A stretch of DNA of 64,000 bases, taken from Cyanophora paradoxa CCMP329. Taxonomy: Eukaryota > Plantae > Glaucophyta. The DNA is taken from the NCBI GenBank assembly GCA_004431415.1, contig QPMI01000182.1:62001-126000 (forward strand), given 5' to 3'. Position numbers and translations under genes: made by a program. Shown piece by piece: positions 22,224 through 34,622 of this stretch (position 1 is the stretch's first letter; every line of letters begins with the position of its first letter). The notes under the pieces are model-generated. The model was not told the DNA's origin, did no database searches, and saw only the letters and a program-made list of their open reading frames with translations.

Positions 22224-24497
22224 CTAGGCCCTTCTCAGCTCAACCCTCCGCGGGCAGCTCATCACTCTCGCGCTGCGCAGTTGCAGGCGCGGCCGCTCTC
22301 TGTCCTCGCCCTCCTGTGGGGCCGGGACGCGGCTCGGAGCCAGCTCCTCATGCTGCTCCCGCCGGGGCCGCCGGCGCTGCGGCCGCGGCTCCCGGTGCAC
22401 CGCCGCCCGCGGCCGCCCTCGGGCCGGCCGCGCGGGCGCGTTCGCATCGCGCATGCGGAACGGGATCATGCAATCGATGTGCACGATCGTCTCGCGGGTG
22501 TCGCGGGCCTTCTGGCGGACAGCGCCCACGGCGCCGTAGGGCCGGGCCAGGCCACGCACGACGTACGTGTACCCGCCCGGGTGCACGTCCATGACGGTGA
22601 ACGGGCCGACCCAGGAGTTAAACAACCCCTTGTCACGGTCGCCCAGCCAGCACAGGACTTTGTCGCCCACTTCGAAGCGGCGACGGTCCGGCAGGTCACC
22701 CGTCCGGTGCACCATTTGGCGGCGGTACCAGCGGCGGTGCTCGCGGACCGCGTCATCGCGGCTCTTCGCGGCGCGCACTACGGTCGCGACGTAGTCGGCG
22801 TAGCTAAGGGTGTCGAGCATTTCGACCCCGAAGCGCACGTCCGCGGGCAGCGTGAGCTCGTGCCCCAGGTGCAGGAGCGCGGGCGAGTAGCCCGTGGCCG
22901 CGTGCACGGTCGTGCGGAGCGCCAGCTGCACCTCGTGCACGTGCTGGTCCCACTCGTGCATCGGCTCGCGCTCGGCGCGGCACGCCGCGTGGAGCAGCGT
23001 CTTCACGACGCCTCCCAGCCGCTCTACCAGCCCATTCGTCGAATGGTGGTACGCCGCGGCGTAAATGAAACGAGTCCCGAGCTTCCGGAAGTACTCGTTG
23101 AACGGGCCGCCCTTCAGGCTGGACCCGTTGTCCATGAGGAGGCGCAGCGGCACGCCCTCATTCGAGACGAAGTCTCGGCCCATCTCGAGCATGGACCAGC
23201 CGTCCAGGTCGGCCTTTGGGTACAGCCGCGTGTACTTGTCCCACGCGTTCACCCAGGCGACCAAATAGCGGTTGCCGCGCGGCGTCGGGTCGAGGTGGAA
23301 CACGTCCACCTGCCACAAGTCATTCCGGCCCTCGGCCTCGATGACTGCGATCGCAGTTCGCCGCGGCTTCACAGCCTTGGCGAACTGGCAGCAGGGGCAG
23401 CTCCGCACGTAGCGGGCTACGGCCGCGAGCATGCCCGGCCACCAGAACCTCAGCAGGATCCGGCGGGCGACGATCGAGGCGCCGCGGTGGCCCCACCCAT
23501 CGTGGTACGCGTACAGGACGCGGTCCTGCCAGGACTCAGGCAGGACGGGCACGAAGCGGCCGTGAGGCGCGACCGGGCGGCGGACAAGCACGCCGTCGGT
23601 GTCCACGTCGAATTTCCCAGCGAATCCGACGAAGGCCGCCTTGGCCTGACTGCAGAGGTAGCAGTCGCCCGTGTGGCAAGAGGCGCGCGTGCAGCGGGCC
23701 TCGTTCACGCCATTCTCTAGCCAGGAGAACAGCTTGCGGCACAGCGGGTCCGCCTTCTGCGCGGCGAGCAGCCTGACTCGCCGGGCAGGGAACATGTGCC
23801 GCAGGGTCTCGGGCAAGGGCCCGTCGAGGGAAGGCGGCGGAGCGCAATCCCAAGTGTCCTGGACCAGCTCGAGCAAGCGCGGCTTGCGGCGGTCTCGGAC
23901 CTCGCCCAGCTCAGGGCCGGGGGCGATAGCGCTGGACGAGAGGACCTCTCGCTCGAGGCCTGCGGCCGGGCCGCCACTCGAGCCGGCGTCGCCGCTTGAG
24001 GGCGCCTCGGAGGCGGCCGGCGGCTCAGAGGAGCCGGCCGTCGCGGCGGCGGTCGACGCGGCCGCGGAGGACGACGCCGCCGGGGCGCCGCCCTCGGGCC
24101 CCTCATCAGGGTCGTCCTGGTGAGGGTACAGCGGCGGGCCGCAGCGCCAGTGGCGCGGGTTGTCCGCCTTGCGGGGCGTCTTGCCCGGGCGCGGGGCCTC
24201 AGGCGGTCGCAGGTCGCGCGGCAGGGGCGCGACGGGCCCCTCGTAGCGCCGCGGCCCTAGAGGGAACCGACGACGTACGTGCTCGAGGAGGGCCACGGGG
24301 AACCCGTCCTCGTCGAGCTCGGGCTCCTGCGCCTGGCGCGGGGCCTCAGGCTCGGGCACAGGCGGCGCAGCCTCGCCATCGGAGCCCAGCTCCATCGGGT
24401 CGGACTCGGGCGCCGGCGGCGGGCTCGGAGAGCGCGGGGCCGGGGGCAGGCCTTGCGCGACGGCGAGGCGGTGCCACTCGTCCACCCCTTGGCGCAC
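22224..24497 (-). CDS. pol: Integrase with long N-terminal linker (element 2)
   Basis: YHDGWGHRG..CPCC, WQVDVF, MDNGS, NGLVER, WVGPF; clearly homologous to 1..2166. Confidence 0.95.
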   Translation of the reverse strand: MRQGVDEWHRLAVAQGLPPAPRSPSPPPAPESDPMELGSDGEAAPPVPEPEAPRQAQEPELDEDGFPVALLEHVRRRFPLGPRRYEGPVAPLPRDLRPPEAPRPGKTPRKADNPRHWRCGPPLYPHQDDPDEGPEGGAPAASSSAAASTAAATAGSSEPPAASEAPSSGDAGSSGGPAAGLEREVLSSSAIAPGPELGEVRDRRKPRLLELVQDTWDCAPPPSLDGPLPETLRHMFPARRVRLLAAQKADPLCRKLFSWLENGVNEARCTRASCHTGDCYLCSQAKAAFVGFAGKFDVDTDGVLVRRPVAPHGRFVPVLPESWQDRVLYAYHDGWGHRGASIVARRILLRFWWPGMLAAVARYVRSCPCCQFAKAVKPRRTAIAVIEAEGRNDLWQVDVFHLDPTPRGNRYLVAWVNAWDKYTRLYPKADLDGWSMLEMGRDFVSNEGVPLRLLMDNGSSLKGGPFNEYFRKLGTRFIYAAAYHHSTNGLVERLGGVVKTLLHAACRAEREPMHEWDQHVHEVQLALRTTVHAATGYSPALLHLGHELTLPADVRFGVEMLDTLSYADYVATVVRAAKSRDDAVREHRRWYRRQMVHRTGDLPDRRRFEVGDKVLCWLGDRDKGLFNSWVGPFTVMDVHPGGYTYVVRGLARPYGAVGAVRQKARDTRETIVHIDCMIPFRMRDANAPARPARGRPRAAVHREPRPQRRRPRREQHEELAPSRVPAPQEGEDRERPRLQLRSARVMSCPRRVELRRA

Positions 24498-25139
24498 CTC
24501 AGCCCAGGTGGTGGGCTTCTGGCCGCGCCGAGTGGGCGGACCGGCCTGCGGCAGCGCCGGCGCCGCGGGCAGGGGCGCTTCCTGCCCCGCGGCAGGAGCT
24601 CGGGGCTCGGGCGGCGCCGGGGCCCCCGCGGGCTCAGTCTCGGCGCGCGCCGACGCGGCTCGGGGCGCGCGCGCGGGCAGGGGACGGGCTCGTCGTCAGA
24701 GCCCTCCTGGAAAGCCTCAGGCGGCGCGCGCGTCCGACGCGGACGCGGCCCCTGGGCGGGCTGGACGTCCCGCCTTGCGGCGGGAGCGCCCTCGAAGGCG
24801 AGCTGGCGCCGGAGGCGGGCCTGTCGCCGCGCGACGAGGATCTCCGCCCGGCTGGGCGGAGCCGCGGGCGCCGCGGCCTCGGCGGGCTCGGACGCTGACG
24901 CGGGGCCGGCGGCGCGGCCTCGGCCGGCTCGTCGGCGAGCTCGGTCAGGCGGGGGCCCGGCGGGGCCTCCACCGCTACCCGGGCCTCCGCAGCGCCTTCG
25001 GCGGCGTGAGCGACTGCAAACAGCGGCAGAGGCTCGTCAAGGTCGCCGGGCTGGGGCACGCCGTGCCCCGTGGCGCCGGCCAGCGCGTCGGGCGCGGCCG
25101 AACTGCCGTCGGCGCCGCCGGGCGCGAGAACCGGGTGGT

Positions 25140-26540
25140 TCAGTGGGGCCGCGAGCAGGCGTCGGGCCCTCCGTTGTTGCGCCCCGCGCGGTACTCTACG
25201 ACAAAGTCGTAGGACTGCAGGAGGAGGGACCAGCGTCCCAGCCTTCCCGAGGTCGCCTCGCGCGAGCGCAACCACTGGAGCGCCTGGTGGTCCGTCCGGA
25301 CCAGGAACTGGGCCCTCCCAGGAGGAAGTGCCGCCAGTACTTTATTGCCCATACAACCGCTAGGCACTCGAGCTCGGTGGCGGTGTAATTCCGCTCAGCG
25401 GGCGCCAGCGTTCGACTGATGAACGCGATGGGCCGCTCACGGGCGGGCGAGCCGCCATCGGATTGCGACAGGATCGCGCCGATGGCGTACGTCGACGCGT
25501 CGGTCGACAGGATGAAGGGCCGCTCGAAATCCGGGTACCCAAGTACCAGATCCTCGAGCAGGGCGGCCTTCAGCGCCTCGAAGGCGGCTTGGTGGACCTC
25601 GGTCCATTGCCACGCGGCGTCCCGAAGCAGCAGGCGCTGCAGCGGGTGGGTGACACGGGCGAACCCGTTCACGAAACGCCGGTAGTACCCAGCCAAGCCA
25701 GGAACGACCTCAATTGGTCAGCGTTCGCAGGCGGCGGGTACTGGCGAATGAACGCCAGCTTCGCGGGGTCCTGGCGGATCCCTTCGGCCGAGACGAGGTG
25801 CCCGAGCAAGGCCACCTCCGCCACCCCGAAGCGGCACTTGGAGGGCTTCAGGCGCAAGTTCGCCGGCATGATAGCGCGGAACAGGGCCTCGAGGTCCAGC
25901 AGGTGCTGGGGCACGCTTGGCGAGAACACCGTGATATCGTCGATATACGCGGTGACGCAAGTCGTGAGCAGGGGGCCGAGGATGGCCGTCACGGCGCGCG
26001 AGAAGGCGGCCGGCCCGTTGGTCACGCCGAACGGGGTCACGCGCCACTCGTAGTGGCCCCAGGGCACTACGAAGGCCGTGTACTGCCGGGACGCGGGGTC
26101 CAGCGGCAGCTGCCAGAATCCCGCCGTCGCGTCGACGGTCGAGAAGATCATGGACCCCCGCAGGCGGTCCAGCTGATCGTCAATCCGTGGCAAGGGAAAG
26201 ACGTCGCGCTCGGTGATCGCATTTAAGCGTCGGTAATCGACGCAGAACCGCCAGGTGCCGTCCTTCTTAGGAGCGAGCACGACCGGCGAGCCATAGGCGG
26301 CTTGCGAGGCTGGATCAGGCCCAGCTCAAGGAGCCGCTTTATTTCGTCACGGGCGAAGGCCTCGGCGTGCGGGCTTACACGCCGCGGGGGCGTGAAGACG
26401 GGCAGCCGTGAGGTCAATCGGATCACGTGCTCGTAATGGAGGAGATTGGCCGTGCCCTCAGTGGCCGTGACCGAGTCGGCGAACGCGCACGAGTAGCGCT
26501 TCAGCAGAGCCTCTAGCTCGGCGCGTTCCGTAGCGCTCAT
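25140..26540 (-). CDS. pol: Reverse transcriptase and RNase H (element 2; frameshifted in this sequence)
   Basis: KKDGTWRFCVDYRRLN, FPLPRID, PFGVTNGP, YIDD; TDAS, ERNYTATELECLAVVWA, TDHQAL. Confidence 0.95.
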
Positions 26541-28104
26541 CGCCGGATGCGAGCCGCATTCCGGGATCTTCGCGCGTGCACGGTTCCACTCCTCCTCTTC
26601 GGAAGACGACGTCCCCGTCGCTTCCGGCGGTGCCCGCGGGGCGCCACCGTGGGAGGGCCAGGCGCGGGGCCCGAGGGGCGGCTCGCAGCGGCGCCTTGCC
26701 CTTGTCCTTGCCGCGCGCGGCGGAGGACTCGGCTACGGAGGGCGCGGGCGCTTCCGTTGTCCGGACAGAGCAGCCAGGGCCTTCCAGCGGTGCTGGCGCC
26801 GGTGCAGGCGGGCGAGCGGCCCCGCTCGGCGAGGGCGCCGGCGGCTCAGCTGCCTCGGCAGCGAGATTTATTTGATTCCCGGAGGGATTGGTGGGGACTG
26901 CGTTAGCCCCCTGGCGTGCAGCGCGAGCCGCGTGGGCGCGGCGGCGTGCGGCGCGTTCAGCGCGGCGGGCGGGCCTGGTGCGCTCGCGCTCCTCTGGCGA
27001 GGTCCAGCCAAGGTACCCGTCCTCGCGCTCGCGCTCAGAGTCGGTGTCCGAGGACACGGGCTCGTCACAAAGCGCGAGGCCCTCCATTGTGACAATGGGG
27101 ACGTCTTCGCCCTCACCGCCGTCGTCGCGCAGCATGCGGACGAACAAGGGAGGCGCGCTCGGCGCAGGCTCCTGCTCGGTGGCTACAGTCGCTTCGGACT
27201 GCCGGGCGGCGGGTGCCGCGAAAATAGGCCCTGGAGCAGGGTGCTGGGGCGGCGTGGTGCCCTCAGCTGCCGTGTAAGCCGCAGCCGTTCGATTGGCTCG
27301 GCGGCGCATCGCGCGGAAGCCTTGCCCTCGCTTAGGGTAGAAGGCTCGCAGCGTGCGAATGAAAGAGTCGGCGACGGTGCGCGCCGACGCGTCGTCGGGC
27401 GGCGGGTCGAACCCAAAGTCGCCGGGCGGCAGGTTATTAGCCTCCGCCACCGCTACAATGGCCCCGGCGGGAAGCAGGACGGGCTCATTGGCGGGATTTA
27501 CTAGTCGCACGTGCAGGCTGCCGCCCTCGGCAGGCCGGCGGTGCAACTGGTGGGGCGCGAGTACCCCGAGCGCTGACAGGGAGTCAGGCGCCGGCCCGAC
27601 GGCGAGCGTCGGGCCTGGTCCGCTGGCGGCGCAGGGCCGTCCAACACGCAGCGGACCATCCACTCGCGGGCGTCCTTTAGGACGACGGGCGGAGCACCCG
27701 GACAAGGAGAGGCCCCTTTGATTGTCCGGGCACAGAAAAGGGATCACGTGGGGGCGGAAGTGCGCGTCGCGCGCGTGCAGGCACCAGCCCGAGCTGGTGG
27801 TGTCAATCCGCCCCTCGATCCTCATGATCGTGCCGATGCCCAGGAGCATGTCGGCGTTCGGGCCAAGCGAGCCGTCAGGGACGACGTACACCGCTCGCGA
27901 GACGTACACGTCGCCGAAGCGCAGCACGACATGAGCAATCTCAGCCGTGATCGTGGCGTGGTGAAGGAAGGCCCGGAGGACCTTCACACCCGTGTAGCGC
28001 GTGCCGGGCGGCATGTGCTTTTTCTCGCCAACGTCTCCCATTGCGCCAGTGTCAAAAATGAATTTGACGCGCGTGCTCTCGCCGAGCGTGCCGTCGGCAT
28101 GCAA
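26458..28104 (-). CDS. pol: Aspartic protease and PR-RT spacer (element 2)
   Basis: FIFDTGA catalytic motif and DMLLG motif. Confidence 0.88.
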   Translation of the reverse strand: MHADGTLGESTRVKFIFDTGAMGDVGEKKHMPPGTRYTGVKVLRAFLHHATITAEIAHVVLRFGDVYVSRAVYVVPDGSLGPNADMLLGIGTIMRIEGRIDTTSSGWCLHARDAHFRPHVIPFLCPDNQRGLSLSGCSARRPKGRPRVDGPLRVGRPCAASGPGPTLAVGPAPDSLSALGVLAPHQLHRRPAEGGSLHVRLVNPANEPVLLPAGAIVAVAEANNLPPGDFGFDPPPDDASARTVADSFIRTLRAFYPKRGQGFRAMRRRANRTAAAYTAAEGTTPPQHPAPGPIFAAPAARQSEATVATEQEPAPSAPPLFVRMLRDDGGEGEDVPIVTMEGLALCDEPVSSDTDSEREREDGYLGWTSPEERERTRPARRAERAARRRAHAARAARQGANAVPTNPSGNQINLAAEAAEPPAPSPSGAARPPAPAPAPLEGPGCSVRTTEAPAPSVAESSAARGKDKGKAPLRAAPRAPRLALPRWRPAGTAGSDGDVVFRRGGVEPCTREDPGMRLASGDERYGTRRARGSAEALLVRVRRLGHGH

Positions 28105-28199
28105 GGCATAGACGAAGCCCGGGCACTGCAGGAGCAGGCGCCGGAAATCGTGCGGGAGACCGTTGATCCCGTCGATAACCTTCGCGATCGGACCGGGGC

Positions 28200-31100
28200 G
28201 TTCAGGCGGCCGTCGGGCGCGCCATCCGGGGACTCCGGGACTGCGAGGTCCGTGGGGCGGTCGGGGCCGTAGCCCACGAGTTCGTCAGGCTCAGGAGCCT
28301 GGAAGTGCAGCGCGGCGCGCTGCTTGCTGGAGCGGGCGTGGAGCCCCTCGGAGCGGCTCGTCGGAGCGGCGGAGGACTTGCGATCCGCTCCGTCGACGAC
28401 TGGCGTCGGCTCGCTGCTGGCAGCGGCGGAGGCCAAGGCGCGCTCGGCGATGGCCCGCGGCTGCAGTGCAGCGCGCGTCGCGAAGTCATCCTCATCGTCA
28501 CCATCGCCGTAGATACGGAGAATGGCGCGGTGGCGGGGCGGCAGCGGCCCTCGGCTTTGGCCTCCTGGGCGAGGCCAATGAGGCGCAGCAGTTCAGCTTC
28601 AATGCGGTCGAACTGCTCCATGCCCGGGTAATTTGCGGCCCACACCGTCGCAGCGGCGTTCCGTGCCGCCCAAGAGGCGCCGCTCGGCAAGGTGGTGCCG
28701 GTGAGATCATGGCCCGCGGCCGTGGCAATCTCATCGAGCATTTCAGACAAGACGGCCGGCTGGGCATTGCGCTCGAGCAGGAGCCGCAGCCGCGCGCGCC
28801 AGTTCTTGGCGGCCTGGTAGTGGGCACTGCCCACATTCTCGTCCGTGGCCGGCGGGGCCTGGCCGGAGCTCGAGCTGGCCGCGGGACCCGCAGGCGGGTA
28901 CATGAGGCCGTGCGGCCAGTAATAGCCGTGCGGGCCGGCGATTTGCGGCAAGAGTGGGGGCGGCGGCAACCCCCAGCCGGGTACGCGCGGCGGGGGCGGC
29001 CCATCGACGCCGGGTACGGGTACGGAACGGCGCGGGGGCCAATTCCGCGGTGGACTGGGCAGCAACGCGGGCGCGCTTGCTGCGGCGCTCAGCCTCGGCG
29101 AGGAGGCGCTGGCGCGTGTCCTCGGCCGGGTCCGGCTCGAACTCAAGGCCATGCTGGCGGGCATAGGCAGTGAATTCGGCGTCGTCCATGTCGGCCAGGT
29201 CGAGGGACTCAGGTCCCGTAGACGAGGCGCTGGGCACGGTGCCGCGAACGGTCACGCGACTGCCCTGCAGGATACGCGGCCGCTCGCGGCGCTGGCCGGT
29301 GGCGCCCGGCGGCTGCGTGCGCGTCGGGGCAGGCGAGCTCGACGACTCCTGCCGGGGCGACTCGGTGCGCTCGCGGGAAGCGGCGGCCTCGCGGCTCTGG
29401 CGGCGCCCGCGGCGGTCGCGGGAGCGCTCGCGCTTTGGCTCGCTCTTCTTCCTCGAGGGCGAGGGCGTGGCCGAGCGCTTGGGGCAGGGCTGGGCTCGCG
29501 GGAGCCAGAGCCCGTGGTGCCCGAGGCAGAGGACGATGCCGCAGGCTTCGCCGGGCGGCCGCTGCCACGGCGTGGTCGGCCTGCTGCTGGGCGCGCAAGC
29601 TCGGGGCAGATCCTCTGCCGTGTACCCGTTCCAGTTCTGGAGCAGCTCGGCGCGCAGCCGGTAGTGGAACGGCGTGATTGCCGCCACCGTGTCGCCGAGG
29701 TCGCTGGCCTCGGGGGCGCAGGGAACGGCGCCGCGCCTTGCTGGGCGACAGTGTCCAGGGCAGGGGCGGGATAGAGGTCGGAGACCATAATCCGCTTCGC
29801 CTTCACGCCCGTGAAGATGGGCCAGAGGACGTCATTGATCTTCTGAACCCAGTTCAGGAGAGCCGAGGCGATGGGCTCCTGGCCCGCGAGCGTCGCGCCA
29901 GCAACGAGGTGCCTGGCGGCCCACGTATCGCGCTCGACGTGGCAGTACGGGCGCATGCCGTGCGCCGCTACCCGAGCGGGCAGGATGCGCTCAAGGCGGC
30001 GGACGGAGAGGAGGGGCTCGTCCTCCTGCTCGTACTTGGCGAGAACAGCGCGCAGCTGCTTCGTCGCCGGCAGGCCCCAGATCTGCAGCAGGGCGTCCGA
30101 GAGGCGCTTGCTGGCGTCTGCCGCGTTGTCCAGCCAGGACGTATGCGTGGCGTTGGGGCGCGGCAGGTCTGGCATCGAGAGCCAGAACGCCGTTGTCAGC
30201 GGGAGCTGAGAGGCGATGACGAGAGCTGCGGTCTCGTCAATCGACTCGCCGAGCTGGCCGCTCTTGAGGTGCTGCAGGACGGCGTAAAGCTCGTCGCCGT
30301 CAGCGGAACGTGCATGGGCCCCAGCTGCTGCCTCGGCCGCGGAACGAGTGGCCGGGTCGGCGCGGTAGCAGGTGGACCACATGAACTCGTATATGGCCGT
30401 CGGCCCCACAATGTGCATTTGGGGGTTGAATCCCTTGGTCGGCGCGGGCCGGGGCTGGTCGGGCAGCTCGTGCCCCAGCACCCAGGCAGCCATGCTGTTC
30501 ACATACCCCGCAAGCAGGGATGCGACGAACTCCCGGGGCGGCAACGGGGACCACGTGGGTCCGTGCTTCTGCACGCCCGGGCAGACAACCGGGTACTTCC
30601 GGTGCCCGCGGTCCTTCGGATCGACGAGCGGGCGGGGCCGCTCGAATCCGAGCACGAACACGCGCCGAGGGAGGCGGTCGTACTGGCGACGCGCCTCGGA
30701 GGGCGGGGCGTGCTGCATGGCCACGTGGGCAGGACCAAGCGAGCAGCGCGTGGCATTCGTGCCGACGGGATCGCTCATGACATCGACGTTGTTCACGTCG
30801 AGCTCAGTGCTCACGTGCTTCTCGCCCGTCTGGATCGGGGTGCCTGGCAGGAGGCCGCGGACCCGGGCATCGGGCTGGGCGACGCCACGGATGCCGAAGC
30901 CCCTGCCGAAGCGGGGCTCGTGGAACACGACCAAGCGCTGCCCACGCTTGGCGCGGTTGACCCGATGGGCGCCTCGAACGTGTGCGGGCGAGCGAGGTAC
31001 GCAAACGCCTGGCGGCACGTGTGGTGCAGGGCGGTGTTCAGCACCGAGTAGGCGCGCGTGATCGGCCCATCGAGGCGGTTTGCGGGAGTGGGCTCCGACG

Positions 31101-34100
31101 CGACCCACTGCATGATGGACTCGTCGAGCCCCATCATCGCCGCGACGTAGGGCAAGCCCTGAACGTCGGTGCCTTGCATGGACGTCGGTGCCGGTGGCAC
31201 GGGCGGGCCATACAACATTACCGCGGCGGGGATGCCGCGGTTATGGCCCTCGACGTTTGCGATGAGCGTGGAGGCAAGGCAGTGCATGGCTGCATCAGCG
31301 TCGAGCGCGTTCGGGTGGAAACGCGTGACGACTGGGGCAGTCGCATTCACGCAGGGCGCGTCGGGCGGCCCGTTCTCGCCGAGGGTGAGCGGCACGAGCC
31401 GCGGAATAGCAGCCCACGGGTACTGCTCGGCCGTCGGATTGCGGGCCGGGCTACCGCCGAGCGGGTCGGGCAGCAGCACGCAGTACTTGTCGCAGTACCG
31501 GACGCGCTCGGGCGTGCCGTCGTACCACGTGCGGGCCCCAGCAGCAGGTGCCGCCGGCGTGGCCGTAGCAGTGGAGACCCCGGACGGTCCGGCGACAGGC
31601 GCAGCTGAGGAGCTGGCCATGGGCACGTCGCCCTCAGCGTCGCGATCGGCTTCGCTACGGCGGGCCTCGCCTTCCCAGTTGTCGAGCCACTGCACAAAGG
31701 GAAGGGAGCGAATTGGGGCGTTGCCGCCAATTCGGGCCTCGTGGATCTCGCCCAGCAGCCAATTAGCGCCTTCGACGACGGTGTCGTAGCAGCGGTAACT
31801 GGTGGCCAGCCACGAATCCGAGTCGTCCTTTGCGGCCTCGCGCTGGACGACCTCGGGAATTTCGAGGTTTGCCGGGTACGCCGGGGCGAGCGTACGGACG
31901 AGCTCCTCGCACCCCGGGTGCGAGGCGTTAACCATGTCATAGAAATAGCTAACGTCGTCCGGCAGCTTCTGCTGCTCGCGCGGGACGAAGGGCGTGATGC
32001 CCGGTCCGGTGCGACCGCTGTCTAGGCAGGACAGCATCCAGCGCGCATGGCTGGGGACTGGGGCGACAACCTCAGAGAGGGTCGGGCCCGTGTTGGCGGA
32101 AGAGCGCCAGCGTCCCTCGACATAGTACGGGGGCAGGTGCGACACATGCAGCTCAAAGCGATCTATGAAGAACGCGTCCCAGTGAAGGGCATTCCACTGC
32201 GTGGTGTCGGCCGGCAGGTCCGGCAGCGGCACGAGCAAGCCGGCGCTGGAGGCGGCGAGCTCGAAGGAAGCGACAGCGCGCTTCAGCATGCGAATGTTCG
32301 CCGGGTGGCGGTTCGGCATGACGATTTCCAGCCGCTCCCACTGGGGCGGTCGGGGTTCTCATGAAACCAGGCGAAGCGGCGCCAGGGCGGCTGGGCCGCT
32401 TCAGCTTCGAGCCAGGAGGCGAGCTCCGGGTCGGGAGCGATGTGCAGCGTGACCGGTTTTGAGCCGGCTGCAGGCCGCTGTTGGCGAGCCACATGTGCTC
32501 GACCTGAGTCGGCCAACGGCTAGAGGGCTGGGGCAGCCGATGAGCTCGAAGAGGTGGGCGTCAATGCCCGCACGGACAAAGAGCGCGTGCCGCATCCTCT
32601 CGCGCGTGTCGTCGTCGACGCCAGCGCTCTCATCGGACTCCATGGGGTCAGGAGAGGGCGTGCCGGGGCCTCTTCCGCTTCCCCTTCGCCCTCGGCCTCG
32701 GCATTTGCCGGCTTGGCGGGGCGGGCCGGCGGCTGGTGCCGCGGGTGCGAGCGGGCTTGGCGGCAGAGGTCGTTTCGTCGACCTTGCCCTTGCCGCGGCC
32801 ACGGCGGCCGGCGGCGGCCTCACGCTCGGCGACCTCGCGAGCCATGCGGTCGCTGGTCTGGAGGTCGTCATCGAACTCATCCCAGACCGGACGGTGCGAG
32901 CGCTTGGCCGTGAAGCGGCGGCGTACCTCGCCCAGCATCAAGCGCACGCGGTCGCGCGGCTTTTCGAGCAGAGCAACGGCGCGGACGCCGGACTGCGAGA
33001 TGCAGTAGCAAACCCAGGTGAAAATGCTACGGTGCATTTCACCCCAGCGGTTCGCGGCAGAGAACTCGCCGTGGAGGGCGTTCACGAGCCATGAGTACTC
33101 GCTCGAGTCACGGACGCCGCCAGGGAGCGGGCCACGGCCCTCACGGGGGACAGTGCGGGATGCCAGCAGCTCAATGACATCGTAGTCACAGCACCGCCCG
33201 CGGCGAGTGATCGGGTAGGAGCGATCGTAGAACGCTTCAACACTCGGTCCAAGCATGAGGGGGTCGGCATTCGGGAATTCCGGAACCGGAGCCCTTCGCC
33301 GGGGCCGACGGGCTGTCTACCACGACCGTGGGGGCGGCGTGATAGGTCCCCAGGCCCATGAGCCAGTCGGAGAACAGCAAGCTGCTGAACTCCGTGGGGC
33401 GGCGCAGGTCGAGGATCCTGGCCAGGCGGCGCACGGCGACGCGGGGGAGCAACTTGATGGCCCGGAACCCTCAAGGTCTGAGCCGTGCTGCACCAGCTCG
33501 GACAGGTTCACGAGCGGCGGCTCCCCGGCCATGCAGCGAGCGCGGCGGCTGTTTTGCATGGCGATAACGCGCTCGGGGACGGTGCCCTTGGCGCGCGTGT
33601 CGAAGCACGTGGCTCCGGCAACCTCAGTCAGCCGCTCCGTGTATGTTTGGAACAGCGACAGTGGCGGGGCCACGTCCTTAGGGCTAATCCACGCGAAAAG
33701 GCTGCCCTTCTCGAATCCGAGTGCGCCCGGCAGCACCGTAAGGGTCCGGAAACGGATTATGGCAAGCACAAGCTGCACGCAGTAAGCGTGGAAGTCGGAA
33801 TCCTCGTCGAGGAGTTCGCGAGCCGCAGCGAGCGCTGTGCGCATGGCGTGGTAGCCCGTCACGGTACGGGAGACGTTCCCGTCGGGCGTAATGTCGAACC
33901 GCGGGTCGCCGTTTGGTTCGACCTGCAGGTGCTGGATCCCGGCCATTTCAGGCCGGCTGAGCGAGCAGGTACGCCGACGAAATGAGCAGGGATAGCAGCG
34001 GTAAACGCTCGCTGTCCGGCAGTGCGCTCGAGTCTGAGGCGAGGCCCCAGACGTTCGAGGCGGGCGCGTGCCGCTCCACGACAATAGCATGTCGTCCAAG

Positions 34101-34620
34101 CTTTCAGCGAGGCGACGTCGAGCTCATTGGGGTCGTCGGCCAAAGATCCTCAGGATCAGGGGCCGAGCCAATACCGAGCACTTGGTGACGGGGTGGCTGA
34201 GTTGGGCACCGCGGATTGCGAGCATCGCAATGCTCGAATCGGGGCCCTCCTGGAGGCGGTAATCGAGCTTGGCGATCGTCGCCGCAGCCTCGATCACGCA
34301 GGCGAGGGAGTGAGCCTCGGTGCGGTGAGCCAGGCGACCCAGCAGCAGGCGCTCGGGGCGCCGCAGGCCGCAGGCCCCAGGAACCGGTCAAGGGCTATGC
34401 TTTCGGGCCCTCCTGGGCGAGTTCGCGAACGAGCAGCGTCTGCTTCGCGTCGTCGAGGCCGTTCGTGAAGAGCAGCCCAATGGCGCGCTCTAGGTCACGG
34501 GGCTTGGCCGTCAAGTGGGCGTACCACTTTGTGAGCGGCATGAGCACCGGGCTCACGTAGCGGGGCAAGTAGGGCCCGCCTCGCGCTCGCCCTCTTTCTC
34601 CACGTCCGTGGCAGGCACGT
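28200..34620 (-). CDS. Extra ~6.4-kb coding region of unknown function between Gag and protease (overlapping ORF pieces)
   Basis: ORFs 33317-34099, 32648-33256, 30811-32319, 29252-31108, 28743-29687 and 28202-29164 overlap end to end and read as globular protein on the element's sense strand. Confidence 0.72.
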
Positions 34621-34622
34621 GG

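Noticed and set aside
22212-34560. Long + strand ORFs within element 2
   Set aside because: Antisense shadows of GC3-rich coding on the - strand; no independent motifs.
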